This document shows, in pieces, positions 1 through 12,400 of a DNA stretch of 64,000 nucleotides; position 1 is the stretch's first letter, and each line of letters opens with the position of its first letter. Made by a program: the position numbers and the translations under genes. Source of the stretch: Tubiluchus corallicola (lineage: Eukaryota > Animalia > Priapulida). Below the pieces are notes generated by a model, which worked only from the letters and a program-made list of their open reading frames with translations, had not been told where the DNA came from and ran no database searches. The stretch lies in contig JAQGDQ010000540.1 in NCBI GenBank assembly GCA_030141605.1, forward strand, positions 84,306 through 148,305, in the 5' to 3' direction.

Positions 1-518
1 TCCTTTGGGAGGCTGTTCACCGGACTAGTCGACGGAATTCAAGGTGTTCTCGATGCTGACGAGGAGACCGGGGCAAGTTTGTTGGAACTCCCAAATTTAT
101 TGCCTCGAGCCTTGGTGAAGCTGTCAGGAGTGGATTTAACAAACTTGATTCGAAAAAATTTAGTTCGTCTCCGAGATGCTGGATGGGACCAAAAACAGAT
201 TGAAAACCTTGAGACAGAATTTCATGGTCTGAAGAGAGACTACAGAAACAACGAACCCACCAAGACGGCATTGGATTCGATGACGGACGACACCATTCCT
301 CCAAGCTTGGAAGAACTTCGATCGCTACTCTTTCTTGATGGAATTTTCTGGAGGACATGCAACTCTCTTTCCGTCAACTGCTACTGTAGAGGCTGACTTT
401 GGCATTGTTGGGGAAATCAAAGATTGCTACAAGCAGAGTATGACAGACTTCAGCCTGGAAGGGTGCCTCCAAGCAAAACAGTTTTCTGAAATGATGAAAA
501 TGTGATAACTGATAATGA
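1..518 (+). mobile_element. 3' part of hAT transposase gene (partial array unit, right TIR missing)
   Basis: Matches 4207-4724. An alternative frame encodes ...FPSTATVEADFG...MTDFSLEGCLQAKQF.. with TGA at 503-505. Confidence 0.9.
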
Positions 519-870
519 CACAGTGTTGTTTACCAGACATGGAAGAAAAATAAATACGAGGCAAAATCAAACTAAAGATAAACAAATCAAGATCTAATAC
601 ACTAGATACTCACTAATTACCCTTTCCCCGGGAGGTGCACTGAAAAACCTGTCCACACTGAGATGCATTAACATCTTAGCACATTTTTTGGCATACCACA
701 TAAGTCATTGGTAACATCACTGGAAACGAAGTCTACACTGTCCAGTAGATGAGGTAGGTGAGTTAACATCGAGAATGGTTTAGCTTCCCCAGAGGCTGGC
801 GTCAGGTAAATTTATGTGGTGATATTCATTCCAACCTCCCACGTGAACAGTAGCAACACTACAAACGGAT

Positions 871-1120
871 TAAGCAAACTGTCCCAAGTATCCACTTGGC
901 TGTAAATTCCGATAGTGCACAGAATGCATCATAACATATCTGGACTGCTCGAAAACGTTGCTGTCCTTTAACTGTAATCACAGTTATAAAAATGCTAAAT
1001 GCCAAATTGTAGCAAATTACATAGCCCACTGGCAAAACGTACAGGGGAAAAAGTCTTTACATCCTAGCGAGAAACGTGCCAATTGAAGCCGTCGAAATAA
1101 AATAGGACGACAACCTAGTT
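871..1120 (+). repeat. Dispersed repeat, with a diverged copy at ~16808-16990 and an array copy at 5077-5326
   Basis: Colinear blocks shared by eye: AAACTG(T)CCCAAGT, TGTAAATTCC, ACATATCTGG, AGTTATAAAAATGC, TGCCAAATTGTAG, TTGAAGCC..AAATAAAATAGG. Confidence 0.7.
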
Positions 1121-1899
1121 TCCGACTTATGCACTTGTTGAAAGGCTTGTTCAAATGTTTAAGTGCACTTATGTCCAAATGTAATGTTTTCTAATTTTAC
1201 TACATTATTGATTGCATAAACTGGAAAGTTTTAGGACGGTAAAATTAAAAAAAAGACGTGTGAAAAGTCTGACGTTAACATATTTTTGGTTATGGTCGAG
1301 TGGGACAGGGGCACATTTTATCACCAACTGGCCATAATTGTGCGCTAAAATGATGTAATGTATTATTTAAAATATATGTGATCACGTGCATTGTACTGTT
1401 GTGAGTAACGTTGGAGTGTAAGTGTATAGTGTAATGTTGGAGTGCAGAGAAATTCAAAAACATTACATTGGAACATAAATGCATTTAAGGAAACATGCCT
1501 TTTTGGGAGTTAACGTGTTCCGTCTGTTGACGGAATAATGCTATTCCAGACCTGTAGATATCTTTACCTGGATACAGTATTCCTTTCTCTAAAATACGGA
1601 AGCATAAAAAGGTAGTTATTTGTGAGGTCTCAAATCAATGCTTTAATAAACCCAATCACATAAAGAGTGCTTTGGCTTCGACTTCAACCTGCGAAGCTTC
1701 CAAGGTCAGTTCCTGGTATAATAATCTGTCTTTCTTTCTTATAATCTGTCTATAATAACTTACTTTCCTGGATCAACGTGTTCTGATTATCAAGACGACA
1801 GTCAACTATATTACTCTCGTCTACACACCATTTAAAACAAACCTATCCTCGCCTGGTAATACTAGGCGATTTTAATGACATTTCCTTGGCGCACAATAT

Positions 1900-2591
1900 C
1901 AAATCATTTCGACTTGAAACAAGTTGTTAAAACTTAAACATGTGACAAAAAACTTTTTAGACATCATATTCAGTGACCTGTCAGAATTTTCTATGAAGAA
2001 ATTTTTTCTCATCACGGAGTTCCGAATTGTTTTCAGCCAATGCCTGCTATTCGAGTGCAGGGTTCTCTATATTCGCCAAGGAATTTCAGACATAAAACCT
2101 CTAGCCCTCATTTTCCTCAAGCCAATGGTCTTGCAGAAAATTCGGTGAAGATTGTAAAGAGAACCTTCAAGAAAGCACATGAAGGCAAAGAAGATCCATT
2201 AATGGGGTTGATGATCTAGCGCAACACCCCTCTCGAGAATGGATACTCCCCCCCGGCCAATTGCTAATGAACCGCTCTACACGTACTAGATGGTTGCAAG
2301 CCTCTTAAAGGTCGCACCTCTAATAACAATGTGCTTAAACTATAAACTACAACAAAATAATTACTTCAATAATCAATCTAGCCATAGCCCCTTACTAGAA
2401 CTTGTACCTGGAAACACTGTTAGCGTACGAACTTCAAAAGGATTAGTCAGAGCAAGGAGAAATTGCAAAACAAGTAGCCCCCCAGATCTTACCTAGTGAG
2501 AACAGAAAATGGAGCCCTACACAGAATAAACCGCAAACATCTTCTGAAGATTAGAGACATGCCACCATTTGTCATGACTAACACTCATGCA
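1900..2591 (+). pseudogene. Decayed Gypsy-type integrase fragment (array copy)
   Basis: From 2091 the frame reads HKTSSPHFPQANGLAENSVKIVKRTFKKAHEGKEDPLMGLMI*RNTPLENGYSP. After a frameshift it reads SYLVRTENGALHRINRKHLLK. These are typical integrase core and C-terminal motifs. The left boundary is approximate. Confidence 0.85.
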
Positions 2592-4724
2592 CAGGCCACT
2601 TTATTTAGGTTGTTTAGGCCTAAAATGACCTAAAATGACCTAAATAAGATTTGAAAAATAACCTAAATAACATTTTTGCTCTTTTTCATTTTTTGGATCG
2701 TCGCTGCTTTTTTGCGCGTCAGAGGAGCGAAAATTAGAAGAAACAAGCCACGTGGCGTCCCGTAATCATTGTGACTAGTCATTGTGACGTCATTGATTGT
2801 TGCGTCGTCAAACCCCCATACTTTCTTTTACTTAAACGAGACTAGGCCTACTCGTTTTAATTCTTCCTTGTCTCTCCTCAGTTATAGATGGCTTCTTTTA
2901 GTCCATCCCACGAGCTTGCTTATGGGCTGAAGATTGTGCAGAGGCACCCGAAGACGCAGGCAGTCGTGGCTTCACGATGTGAGTTTTGTTATTATTTTGG
3001 TCGCGAGGAGAAGCCAGGAGCCAAACGCCAGCGAACAGAAAACGTCAAGCTGTTCACAAGATTTCGAGCAGGTCCCTACAAACAACATTTAGAAAATGAA
3101 CATAGAGTTGGGTGGAGATATTATCAAAAACTCAGCTCAGAAGATAAGAGGAAATTCTTTGACAAAACTGTCCCTCGAGAGCAAACTTTGGCGATCCATT
3201 TTGAAGGCGAGGCACCTATTTGCTTCAAAGTGAAAGCTTCAATCGTGAATGACATCATTGGTGGGATGTTGCTCGATCCTGATGACCTCGAGGGACTTTC
3301 TTTCGCTCGTGCAATGGCAGTGTTCGAGGACACGGATGACGACAATCAACTTGAGGTCAACCTAAAGTCGTCTTCTCAGTTTCGACTAGCAGTCAAGTTT
3401 ATTCGCGATGAGGCCAGTTTCCGACAAGCTGCGGCTTTGGTTAAGTCAACAAAAGAGGAAACAACCTCTGCTGTTTATGTGGGCTGCACCGAAGGAAAAT
3501 GTGCAACGTTTGTACGTGTTGTTGTTGCAGCGAACCTGCAAAAGCTCTCAGACATCCTAAGCAAGTGTTGGGCTTTCTCAATTGCAATTGACTCAGGCCA
3601 CAGATGTGGAATGAACTACCTCGACATTCGCGTCCGATTCTACTATGCTGGAGATGTGCAGAATCTCCACTTGCTCGCTGTGCCAATGCATTACCGGAAA
3701 ACTGCTGCAAACATTTTCAATGCATGCGTCAAGTTGCTGGACGCGATTCTGCCAACCGGAGGCAATACAACCTACAATCCGAGATGAAATCTACCTGTCC
3801 GCGGTTCGTGAACACGAGGTGGAGCTCGATGAAGCAGGTGACTTCTTGGCTTGTGGAGCACAAGGAAAGAGTGCTTGAGTACTTGGAGGAAAAGAACCCT
3901 GGTGTAGGTGAAGCTCGTAAACCCGGACCGTGGTGGGTCCTACTATGTGGACTGAATTTGGTTGCCACTGATGTCCAAGTTACAGTGTCTTACCTACAGG
4001 GAAAGAAAATTCACCTGATGGAGCAACGAGAGAAAGTCAGGAAACTCATTTCGAATTTAAAGGAGCTGTGTGAGGTTGAAGAAGATGACGATGGAAAATT
4101 CATGTGTTCCGATGAAGAAGGGGAGAGGTTCACTTTCAATTTGGGTTTGTGGGTCTCAAATGTACTGGATGGCTGTACGGAAGATGAGAGGGTGAAGATT
4201 TACCAATCCTTTGGGAGGCTGTTCACCGGACTAGTCGACGGAATTCAAGGTGTTCTCGATGCTGACGAGGAGACCGGGGCAAGTTTGTTGGAACTCCCAA
4301 ATTTATTGCCTCGAGCCTTGGTGAAGCTGTCAGGAGTGGATTTAACAAACTTGATTCGAAAAAATTTAGTTCGTCTCCGAGATGCTGGATGGGACCAAAA
4401 ACAGATTGAAAACCTTGAGACAGAATTTCATGGTCTGAAGAGAGACTACAGAAACAACGAACCCACCAAGACGGCATTGGATTCGATGACGGACGACACC
4501 ATTCCTCCAAGCTTGGAAGAACTTCGATCGCTACTCTTTCTTGATGGAATTTTCTGGAGGACATGCAACTCTCTTTCCGTCAACTGCTACTGTAGAGGCT
4601 GACTTTGGCATTGTTGGGGAAATCAAAGATTGCTACAAGCAGAGTATGACAGACTTCAGCCTGGAAGGGTGCCTCCAAGCAAAACAGTTTTCTGAAATGA
4701 TGAAAATGTGATAACTGATAATGA
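2592..4724 (+). mobile_element. hAT DNA transposon, left TIR plus transposase gene, truncated 13 bp after the stop (no right TIR)
   Basis: CAGGCCACTTTATTTAGGT at 2592 is preceded by CTCATGCA. The sequence is nearly identical to 6798-8930 and then switches to array flank. Confidence 0.92.
2888..4711 (+). pseudogene. Defective hAT transposase (internal deletion/frameshift ~3755, second frameshift ~4497)
   Basis: N-terminal C-x2-C...H-x4-H Zn finger, FSIAIDSG (first catalytic D), CPRFVNTRW, and in a third frame FPSTATVEADF...SLEG (catalytic E / dimerisation region) ending TGA 4709-4711. Confidence 0.85.
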
Positions 4725-6105
4725 CACAGTGTTGTTTACCAGACATGGAAGAAAAATAAATACGAGGCAAAATCAAACTAAAGATAAACAAATCAAGATC
4801 TAATACACTAGATACTCACTAATTACCCTTTCCCCGGGAGGTGCACTGAAAAACCTGTCCACACTGAGATGCATTAACATCTTAGCACATTTTTTGGCAT
4901 ACCACATAAGTCATTGGTAACATCACTGGAAACGAAGTCTACACTGTCCAGTAGATGAGGTAGGTGAGTTAACATCGAGAATGGTTTAGCTTCCCCAGAG
5001 GCTGGCGTCAGGTAAATTTATGTGGTGATATTCATTCCAACCTCCCACGTGAACAGTAGCAACACTACAAACGGATTAAGCAAACTGTCCCAAGTATCCA
5101 CTTGGCTGTAAATTCCGATAGTGCACAGAATGCATCATAACATATCTGGACTGCTCGAAAACGTTGCTGTCCTTTAACTGTAATCACAGTTATAAAAATG
5201 CTAAATGCCAAATTGTAGCAAATTACATAGCCCACTGGCAAAACGTACAGGGGAAAAAGTCTTTACATCCTAGCGAGAAACGTGCCAATTGAAGCCGTCG
5301 AAATAAAATAGGACGACAACCTAGTTTCCGACTTATGCACTTGTTGAAAGGCTTGTTCAAATGTTTAAGTGCACTTATGTCCAAATGTAATGTTTTCTAA
5401 TTTTACTACATTATTGATTGCATAAACTGGAAAGTTTTAGGACGGTAAAATTAAAAAAAAGACGTGTGAAAAGTCTGACGTTAACATATTTTTGGTTATG
5501 GTCGAGTGGGACAGGGGCACATTTTATCACCAACTGGCCATAATTGTGCGCTAAAATGATGTAATGTATTATTTAAAATATATGTGATCACGTGCATTGT
5601 ACTGTTGTGAGTAACGTTGGAGTGTAAGTGTATAGTGTAATGTTGGAGTGCAGAGAAATTCAAAAACATTACATTGGAACATAAATGCATTTAAGGAAAC
5701 ATGCCTTTTTGGGAGTTAACGTGTTCCGTCTGTTGACGGAATAATGCTATTCCAGACCTGTAGATATCTTTACCTGGATACAGTATTCCTTTCTCTAAAA
5801 TACGGAAGCATAAAAAGGTAGTTATTTGTGAGGTCTCAAATCAATGCTTTAATAAACCCAATCACATAAAGAGTGCTTTGGCTTCGACTTCAACCTGCGA
5901 AGCTTCCAAGGTCAGTTCCTGGTATAATAATCTGTCTTTCTTTCTTATAATCTGTCTATAATAACTTACTTTCCTGGATCAACGTGTTCTGATTATCAAG
6001 ACGACAGTCAACTATATTACTCTCGTCTACACACCATTTAAAACAAACCTATCCTCGCCTGGTAATACTAGGCGATTTTAATGACATTTCCTTGGCGCAC
6101 AATAT

Positions 6106-6797
6106 CAAATCATTTCGACTTGAAACAAGTTGTTAAAACTTAAACATGTGACAAAAAACTTTTTAGACATCATATTCAGTGACCTGTCAGAATTTTCTAT
6201 GAAGAAATTTTTTCTCATCACGGAGTTCCGAATTGTTTTCAGCCAATGCCTGCTATTCGAGTGCAGGGTTCTCTATATTCGCCAAGGAATTTCAGACATA
6301 AAACCTCTAGCCCTCATTTTCCTCAAGCCAATGGTCTTGCAGAAAATTCGGTGAAGATTGTAAAGAGAACCTTCAAGAAAGCACATGAAGGCAAAGAAGA
6401 TCCATTAATGGGGTTGATGATCTAGCGCAACACCCCTCTCGAGAATGGATACTCCCCCCCGGCCAATTGCTAATGAACCGCTCTACACGTACTAGATGGT
6501 TGCAAGCCTCTTAAAGGTCGCACCTCTAATAACAATGTGCTTAAACTATAAACTACAACAAAATAATTACTTCAATAATCAATCTAGCCATAGCCCCTTA
6601 CTAGAACTTGTACCTGGAAACACTGTTAGCGTACGAACTTCAAAAGGATTAGTCAGAGCAAGGAGAAATTGCAAAACAAGTAGCCCCCCAGATCTTACCT
6701 AGTGAGAACAGAAAATGGAGCCCTACACAGAATAAACCGCAAACATCTTCTGAAGATTAGAGACATGCCACCATTTGTCATGACTAACACTCATGCA
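6106..6797 (+). pseudogene. Decayed Gypsy integrase, 5' part, interrupted by the hAT insertion
   Basis: Same as 1900-2591. The frame ...RKHLLKIRDMPPFVMTNTHA ends in the TSD. Confidence 0.85.
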
Positions 6798-9141
6798 CAG
6801 GCCACTTTATTTAGGTTGTTTAGGCCTAAAATGACCTAAAATGACCTAAATAAGATTTGAAAAATAACCTAAATAACATTTTTGCTCTTTTTCATTTTTT
6901 GGATCGTCGCTGCTTTTTTGCGCGTCAGAGGAGCGAAAATTAGAAGAAACAAGCCACGTGGCGTCCCGTAATCATTGTGACTAGTCATTGTGACGTCATT
7001 GATTGTTGCGTCGTCAAACCCCCATACTTTCTTTTACTTAAACGAGACTAGGCCTACTCGTTTTAATTCTTCCTTGTCTCTCCTCAGTTATAGATGGCTT
7101 CTTTTAGTCCATCCCACGAGCTTGCTTATGGGCTGAAGATTGTGCAGAGGCACCCGAAGACGCAGGCAGTCGTGGCTTCACGATGTGAGTTTTGTTATTA
7201 TTTTGGTCGCGAGGAGAAGCCAGGAGCCAAACGCCAGCGAACAGAAAACGTCAAGCTGTTCACAAGATTTCGAGCAGGTCCCTACAAACAACATTTAGAA
7301 AATGAACATAGAGTTGGGTGGAGATATTATCAAAAACTCAGCTCAGAAGATAAGAGGAAATTCTTTGACAAAACTGTCCCTCGAGAGCAAACTTTGGCGA
7401 TCCATTTTGAAGGCGAGGCACCTATTTGCTTCAAAGTGAAAGCTTCAATCGTGAATGACATCATTGGTGGGATGTTGCTCGATCCTGATGACCTCGAGGG
7501 ACTTTCTTTCGCTCGTGCAATGGCAGTGTTCGAGGACACGGATGACGACAATCAACTTGAGGTCAACCTAAAGTCGTCTTCTCAGTTTCGACTAGCAGTC
7601 AAGTTTATTCGCGATGGAGCCAGTTTCCGACAAGCTGCGGCTTTGGTTAAGTCAACAAAAGAGGAAACAACCTCTGCTGTTTATGTGGGCTGCACCGAAG
7701 GAAAATGTGCAACGTTTGTACGTGTTGTTGTTGCAGCGAACCTGCAAAAGCTCTCAGACATCCTAAGCAAGTGTTGGGCTTTCTCAATTGCAATTGACTC
7801 AGGCCACAGATGTGGAATGAACTACCTCGACATTCGCGTCCGATTCTACTATGCTGGAGATGTGCAGAATCTCCACTTGCTCGCTGTGCCAATGCATTAC
7901 CGGAAAACTGCTGCAAACATTTTCAATGCATGCGTCAAGTTGCTGGACGCGATTCTGCCAACCGGAGGCAATACAACCTACAATCCGAGATGAAATCTAC
8001 CTGTCCGCGGTTCGTGAACACGAGGTGGAGCTCGATGAAGCAGGTGACTTCTTGGCTTGTGGAGCACAAGGAAAGAGTGCTTGAGTACTTGGAGGAAAAG
8101 AACCCTGGTGTAGGTGAAGCTCGTAAACCCGGACCGTGGTGGGTCCTACTATGTGGACTGAATTTGGTTGCCACTGATGTCCAAGTTACAGTGTCTTACC
8201 TACAGGGAAAGAAAATTCACCTGATGGAGCAACGAGAGAAAGTCAGGAAACTCATTTCGAATTTAAAGGAGCTGTGTGAGGTTGAAGAAGATGACGATGG
8301 AAAATTCATGTGTTCCGATGAAGAAGGGGAGAGGTTCACTTTCAATTTGGGTTTGTGGGTCTCAAATGTACTGGATGGCTGTACGGAAGATGAGAGGGTG
8401 AAGATTTACCAATCCTTTGGGAGGCTGTTCACCGGACTAGTCGACGGAATTCAAGGTGTTCTCGATGCTGACGAGGAGACCGGGGCAAGTTTGTTGGAAC
8501 TCCCAAATTTATTGCCTCGAGCCTTGGTGAAGCTGTCAGGAGTGGATTTAACAAACTTGATTCGAAAAAATTTAGTTCGTCTCCAAGATGCTGGATGGGA
8601 CCAAAAACAGATTGAAAACCTTGAGACAGAATTTCATGGTCTGAAGAGAGACTACAGAAACAACGAACCCACCAAGACGGCATTGGATTCGATGACGGAC
8701 GACACCATTCCTCCAAGCTTGGAAGAACTTCGATCGCTACTCTTTCTTGATGGAATTTTCTGGAGGACATGCAACTCTCTTTCCGTCAACTGCTACTGTA
8801 GAGGCTGACTTTGGCATTGTTGGGGAAATCAAAGATTGCTACAAGCAGAGTATGACAGACTTCAGCCTGGAAGGGTGCCTCCAAGCAAAACAGTTTTCTG
8901 AAATGATGAAAATGTGATAACTGATAATGATAAGGAATAATTTGGTACAATTTAATCACTGTGTTGAAATGAAAGAACAAAATAAATGAATAACACTATA
9001 AGAGCCTAAAAATCTGACTTTTTGGCATCGAATTCAGCACTGATTTAACAAAAACCTAAAATGACCTAAATAAAATCTGAAAAACAACCTAAATGAGCTA
9101 TTTAGGCTATTTAGGTCAAATGACCTAAATAAAGTGGCCTG
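6798..9141 (+). mobile_element. hAT-superfamily DNA transposon with both ends (2344 bp), non-autonomous
   Basis: Perfect 19-bp TIRs: CAGGCCACTTTATTTAGGT (6798-6816) and ACCTAAATAAAGTGGCCTG (9123-9141). 8-bp TSD CTCATGCA at 6790-6797 and 9142-9149. Subterminal (TG)ACCTAAA/TTTAGG repeats at both ends. Confidence 0.96.
7094..8917 (+). pseudogene. Defective hAT transposase (same lesions as 2888-4711)
   Basis: ORFs 7094-7993 and 7810-8808, plus a C-terminal frame PFLQAWKNFDRYSFLMEFSGGHATLFPSTATVEADFGIVGEIKDCYKQSMTDFSLEGCLQAKQFSEMMKM* ending 8917. Confidence 0.85.
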
Positions 9142-9149
9142 CTCATGCA

Positions 9150-9284
9150 CCATCTGTGAAATCACAAGTGTCTGCTAGCTAGACTACTGTTATTAACCCA
9201 CCTAGACAACAACTGCCACAAGGTTACATAATCAGATTGGGATAAGTTAGCAAACCACCTAATAGACTTATTGAAACTGCATAG
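9150..9284 (+). pseudogene. Decayed Gypsy integrase C-terminal tail, continuing after the hAT insertion
   Basis: Removing the element and one TSD restores the frame: TNTHA-PSVKSQVSAS*TTVINPPRQQLPQGYIIRLG*VSKPPNRLIETA*, resembling the typical TRSGRxxKPPxRL tail. Confidence 0.75.
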
Positions 9285-9422
9285 CTTGAATTATACATGT
9301 GTGAAGCTTGTTTGTACTTAAACTGCAATGCTGAATAGTACTTTTTATAGAGTTAGCTAGACTTAATTAGAATGTCCTACTGCGTTTTAATATTTAAAAA
9401 AGTGAACAAAGCGGCATGCAAC

Positions 9423-12400
9423 ATGCCTAGCTTCGATTGCCATACTATGGAAGGCATCGGTGTTCGATGGACCAAATATATTGCTCGTTATAACAACACG
9501 ATGCGTGTGTTTAACGTTAACGACCCTGAGCAGTTCCTTGCATTTCTTTTTGACTTTGGTGGTGAGGATCTATATGATATATTTCATAATATCCCCAAAG
9601 AGCATAGGCAAGCCATTCCAGCTGTTGATGGTCCTCCTGCAGTAGAGGCACAGAATGTCTACCAACGAGGCATTGAAGTCCTAACGACATATTTTTCAGC
9701 TCGACAAAATACTGAATACCGGCGTTATGAATTTAGACACACAAGGCAACAACCTTCGGAAAGTCTAGTTAAGTTTATCAATAGACTAAGAGCTTTAGCA
9801 GCCACGTGTGATTTTCACGACATTAATTGCTAGCTGAAATCGCAAGTTTTAGCAGGTTGCACTTTTCAAAAATGCGAAGAAAGGGCTTAACAGAACATAC
9901 TTGGGACTTGGCAAGATTAACAGAAACTGGAAAAGCGTATGAAATCGCTGAGGCTCAAGCACATGACATTGGGCAAACTACTAGTTCAGTGCATTCACTT
10001 AGTTTATCTAACAAACGAGACAGTACTAGTACTGATACCAAAACGTTCAGAGCAATGGCAAGAAAATGCTGGAATTGCAATGGTCGACATTCGTAAAGAG
10101 ATAGATGCCCCGCTTTAGGCCACATGTGTAATAATTGTGGACTTCAAAACCATTATGCAAATTCACGCAGGTGTCACGCAGCCACTAAAGGAAAACAATA
10201 TAAGCAGTGCAATAAAATACTGCATTTCGCCACAAAGTGTCGATCGAATAAACAAAGTGTACGTCATTGGCGTCCATTTCACTAAGATAGAGTTCACACA
10301 TTAGCAGGTGGACGAGAAGAGCTTCCGCCACGTGAGAGTGCACGTGAAAGTACTATAGATAGTGATTCTGATCAAGGATGAGCAGTTAACCAACCGAATA
10401 CAAATGATTCCCAACCGGTGTTCACAATAATGATTAATGGTGTAAAAGTTGACGCCTTAGCTGATTCGGTAGCAGTGTGAATGCATTTACCTTGTGTGAT
10501 TCTGAAAAATTACCAAATAAGCCTCATCTCACGAAACATGACCATAATGTGTATGCTCATGGCAACAGTGTACCAATGAAAGTGAGAGGCAAATTTGTTG
10601 CAGAGTTGAAATCTTCAAAAGCTACTTGTAAAACTAGTGTAGTAGTGGTAAAGGACACAACTAGATTCTTCTGAGTTGGGATACGCCTAGAAAATTAAAG
10701 TTGCTTGATACAGTTGCTGTTGTGTCTAAAGACACGTCTCGTGAAGTCAAAAATCTTGTTGAAAAATATAATGATATTTTTCAGGGTGTTAAAAAGCTGA
10801 AAGATGTAAAAGCGAAATTACACATTGCTAAATCAATGCCCCCTGTTGTGCAAAATCAGCATAAAGCTCCATTTCAGTGCATAAAGACATAGAAAAACAG
10901 CTTAAGCTAGATGAAGAGCGAGATACCATCGAGCCATGGTCAGAACCGACACCAATCACAACGGTTCCAAAGCAAACTCCAGGTGAAATTCGTGTCTGTG
11001 TTGATATGCGTGCTGCTAATCAAGCCATAAAAAGAGAACATCATGCATCTCTTACATTGAGTGAGCTAGCCCAAGGTCTAAATGGTGCTACAGTGTTTTA
11101 CAAACTAGATCTTTGCCAAGGGTATAACCAGTTAGAGCTTGAAAAAGAATCACAGTATATTAAAATCTTCACGACCCACGTTGGGCTGAAGCTGTACAAA
11201 CGCTTATTCTTTGGCATTAATAGTACAACTGAAGTGTTCGAAAATGAGATTCAAAAAGTGCTTAGCGGTCTAAAAAGCGTAGATGACATCTGTGTCTTCA
11301 GGTAGACTACTGAAGAGCATCTTGAAAATCTTTGTGCAGTGATTTATCGTCTTCGTGAGAAAAGGTCTCACTCTAAATGCTGAAAAGTGCTGCTTTGAGA
11401 AAGAAGTTGAATTCTATGGGCATATCTTTTCATGTCGTGGCATTGTGCCTAATCCCAAGAAGATACAAGCTATCCTCAACATGGGTCCACCTCAGAATGT
11501 AACTGAAGTTCGAAGCCTTTTAGACATGGCTAGCTACTGTAGCCAATGATTCATAAAGAATTATGCTACAATGATATATGAGCTTCGTGAGTTAACCAAG
11601 AAAGGTGTTCAATGGCCGTGGACTGAGAAGCATCATCAAGCATTCGAAAACCTTAAACATGCCTGACAAAAGCTTCAGCTCTGGAATACTTTCACTTGAG
11701 AAGAGAAACTGAAGTATACGTGGATGCCAGTCCAGTTGGTGTATCTGCCATACTCATGCAAAAGGACCCTCATTCTGAGCATCGTTACAATGTTCATTAT
11801 GCCAGTAGAGCTCTCTCTGATGATGAACAATGCTATAGTCAAATTGAGCGAGAGGCTCTAGCAATTGTTTCTGCTTGCAAACATTTAAATATTTAGTTGT
11901 ATGATTCCTATTTTAAGACCATCGTCCACTTCTGCTCTACTTGATAGTGTTGTTTCCAAACCTAGTGCTAGAATACAAGGTTGGGCTTTAAGACTGCAAC
12001 CTCATACTTCTGACCTTGTGTATCAGTCAGGCAAATCAAATCCTGCTGACTATCTGTCGAGACATGTTACAGAGAAAATCACTATCAGTAAAGAACAGAG
12101 GTTGGCTGAAAGTATTGTAAACTATATATCTGAAAATGCTGTACCAAAACCTTTGCCTCTAGATGAAATACAGCATACTACTGAAAATGACCTTACTATA
12201 CAAACTGTAATTAAGGCTTTGACTGATTGGCATATTTACAAAAACGAACCTGGGGTAGATTACACTATTTATAATAGCTGTCAGTTGCTCCAAGCTGAAT
12301 TGTCGGCAACTTCTGACTATAAACTCCTACCTAGGGGCAATCACATTGTGACCCCTAGTGCCTTACAAAACAAGATTGTGAATCTAGCTCATCTTAGACA

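Larger units (their letters stand above)
1..8930 (+). repeat. Tandem array with 4206-bp period: partial unit 1-518, full units 519-4724 and 4725-8930; probably continues left of the window
   Basis: Identical ORFs recur at +4206 (2888/7094, 3604/7810, 17/4223/8429). The junction GATAATGA|CACAGTG occurs at 518/519 and 4724/4725, while the last copy continues GATAATGA|TAAGGAA at 8930/8931. Differences noticed: AG 3411-12 vs GA 7617-18, and G 173/4379 vs A 8585. Confidence 0.97.

Noticed and set aside
1290-2496. Short ORFs 1290-1484, 1924-2148 and 2290-2496, and their +4206 copies
   Set aside because: They recur only because of the tandem array. They are off-frame or partial readings of decayed integrase or noncoding DNA.
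3604-3760. N-terminal part of the 332-aa ORF (GTG start) as a real second gene or programmed frameshift
   Set aside because: It is an out-of-frame overlap with ORF1. Transposase-like sequence starts only at RRQYNL, and missing motifs point to a deletion.
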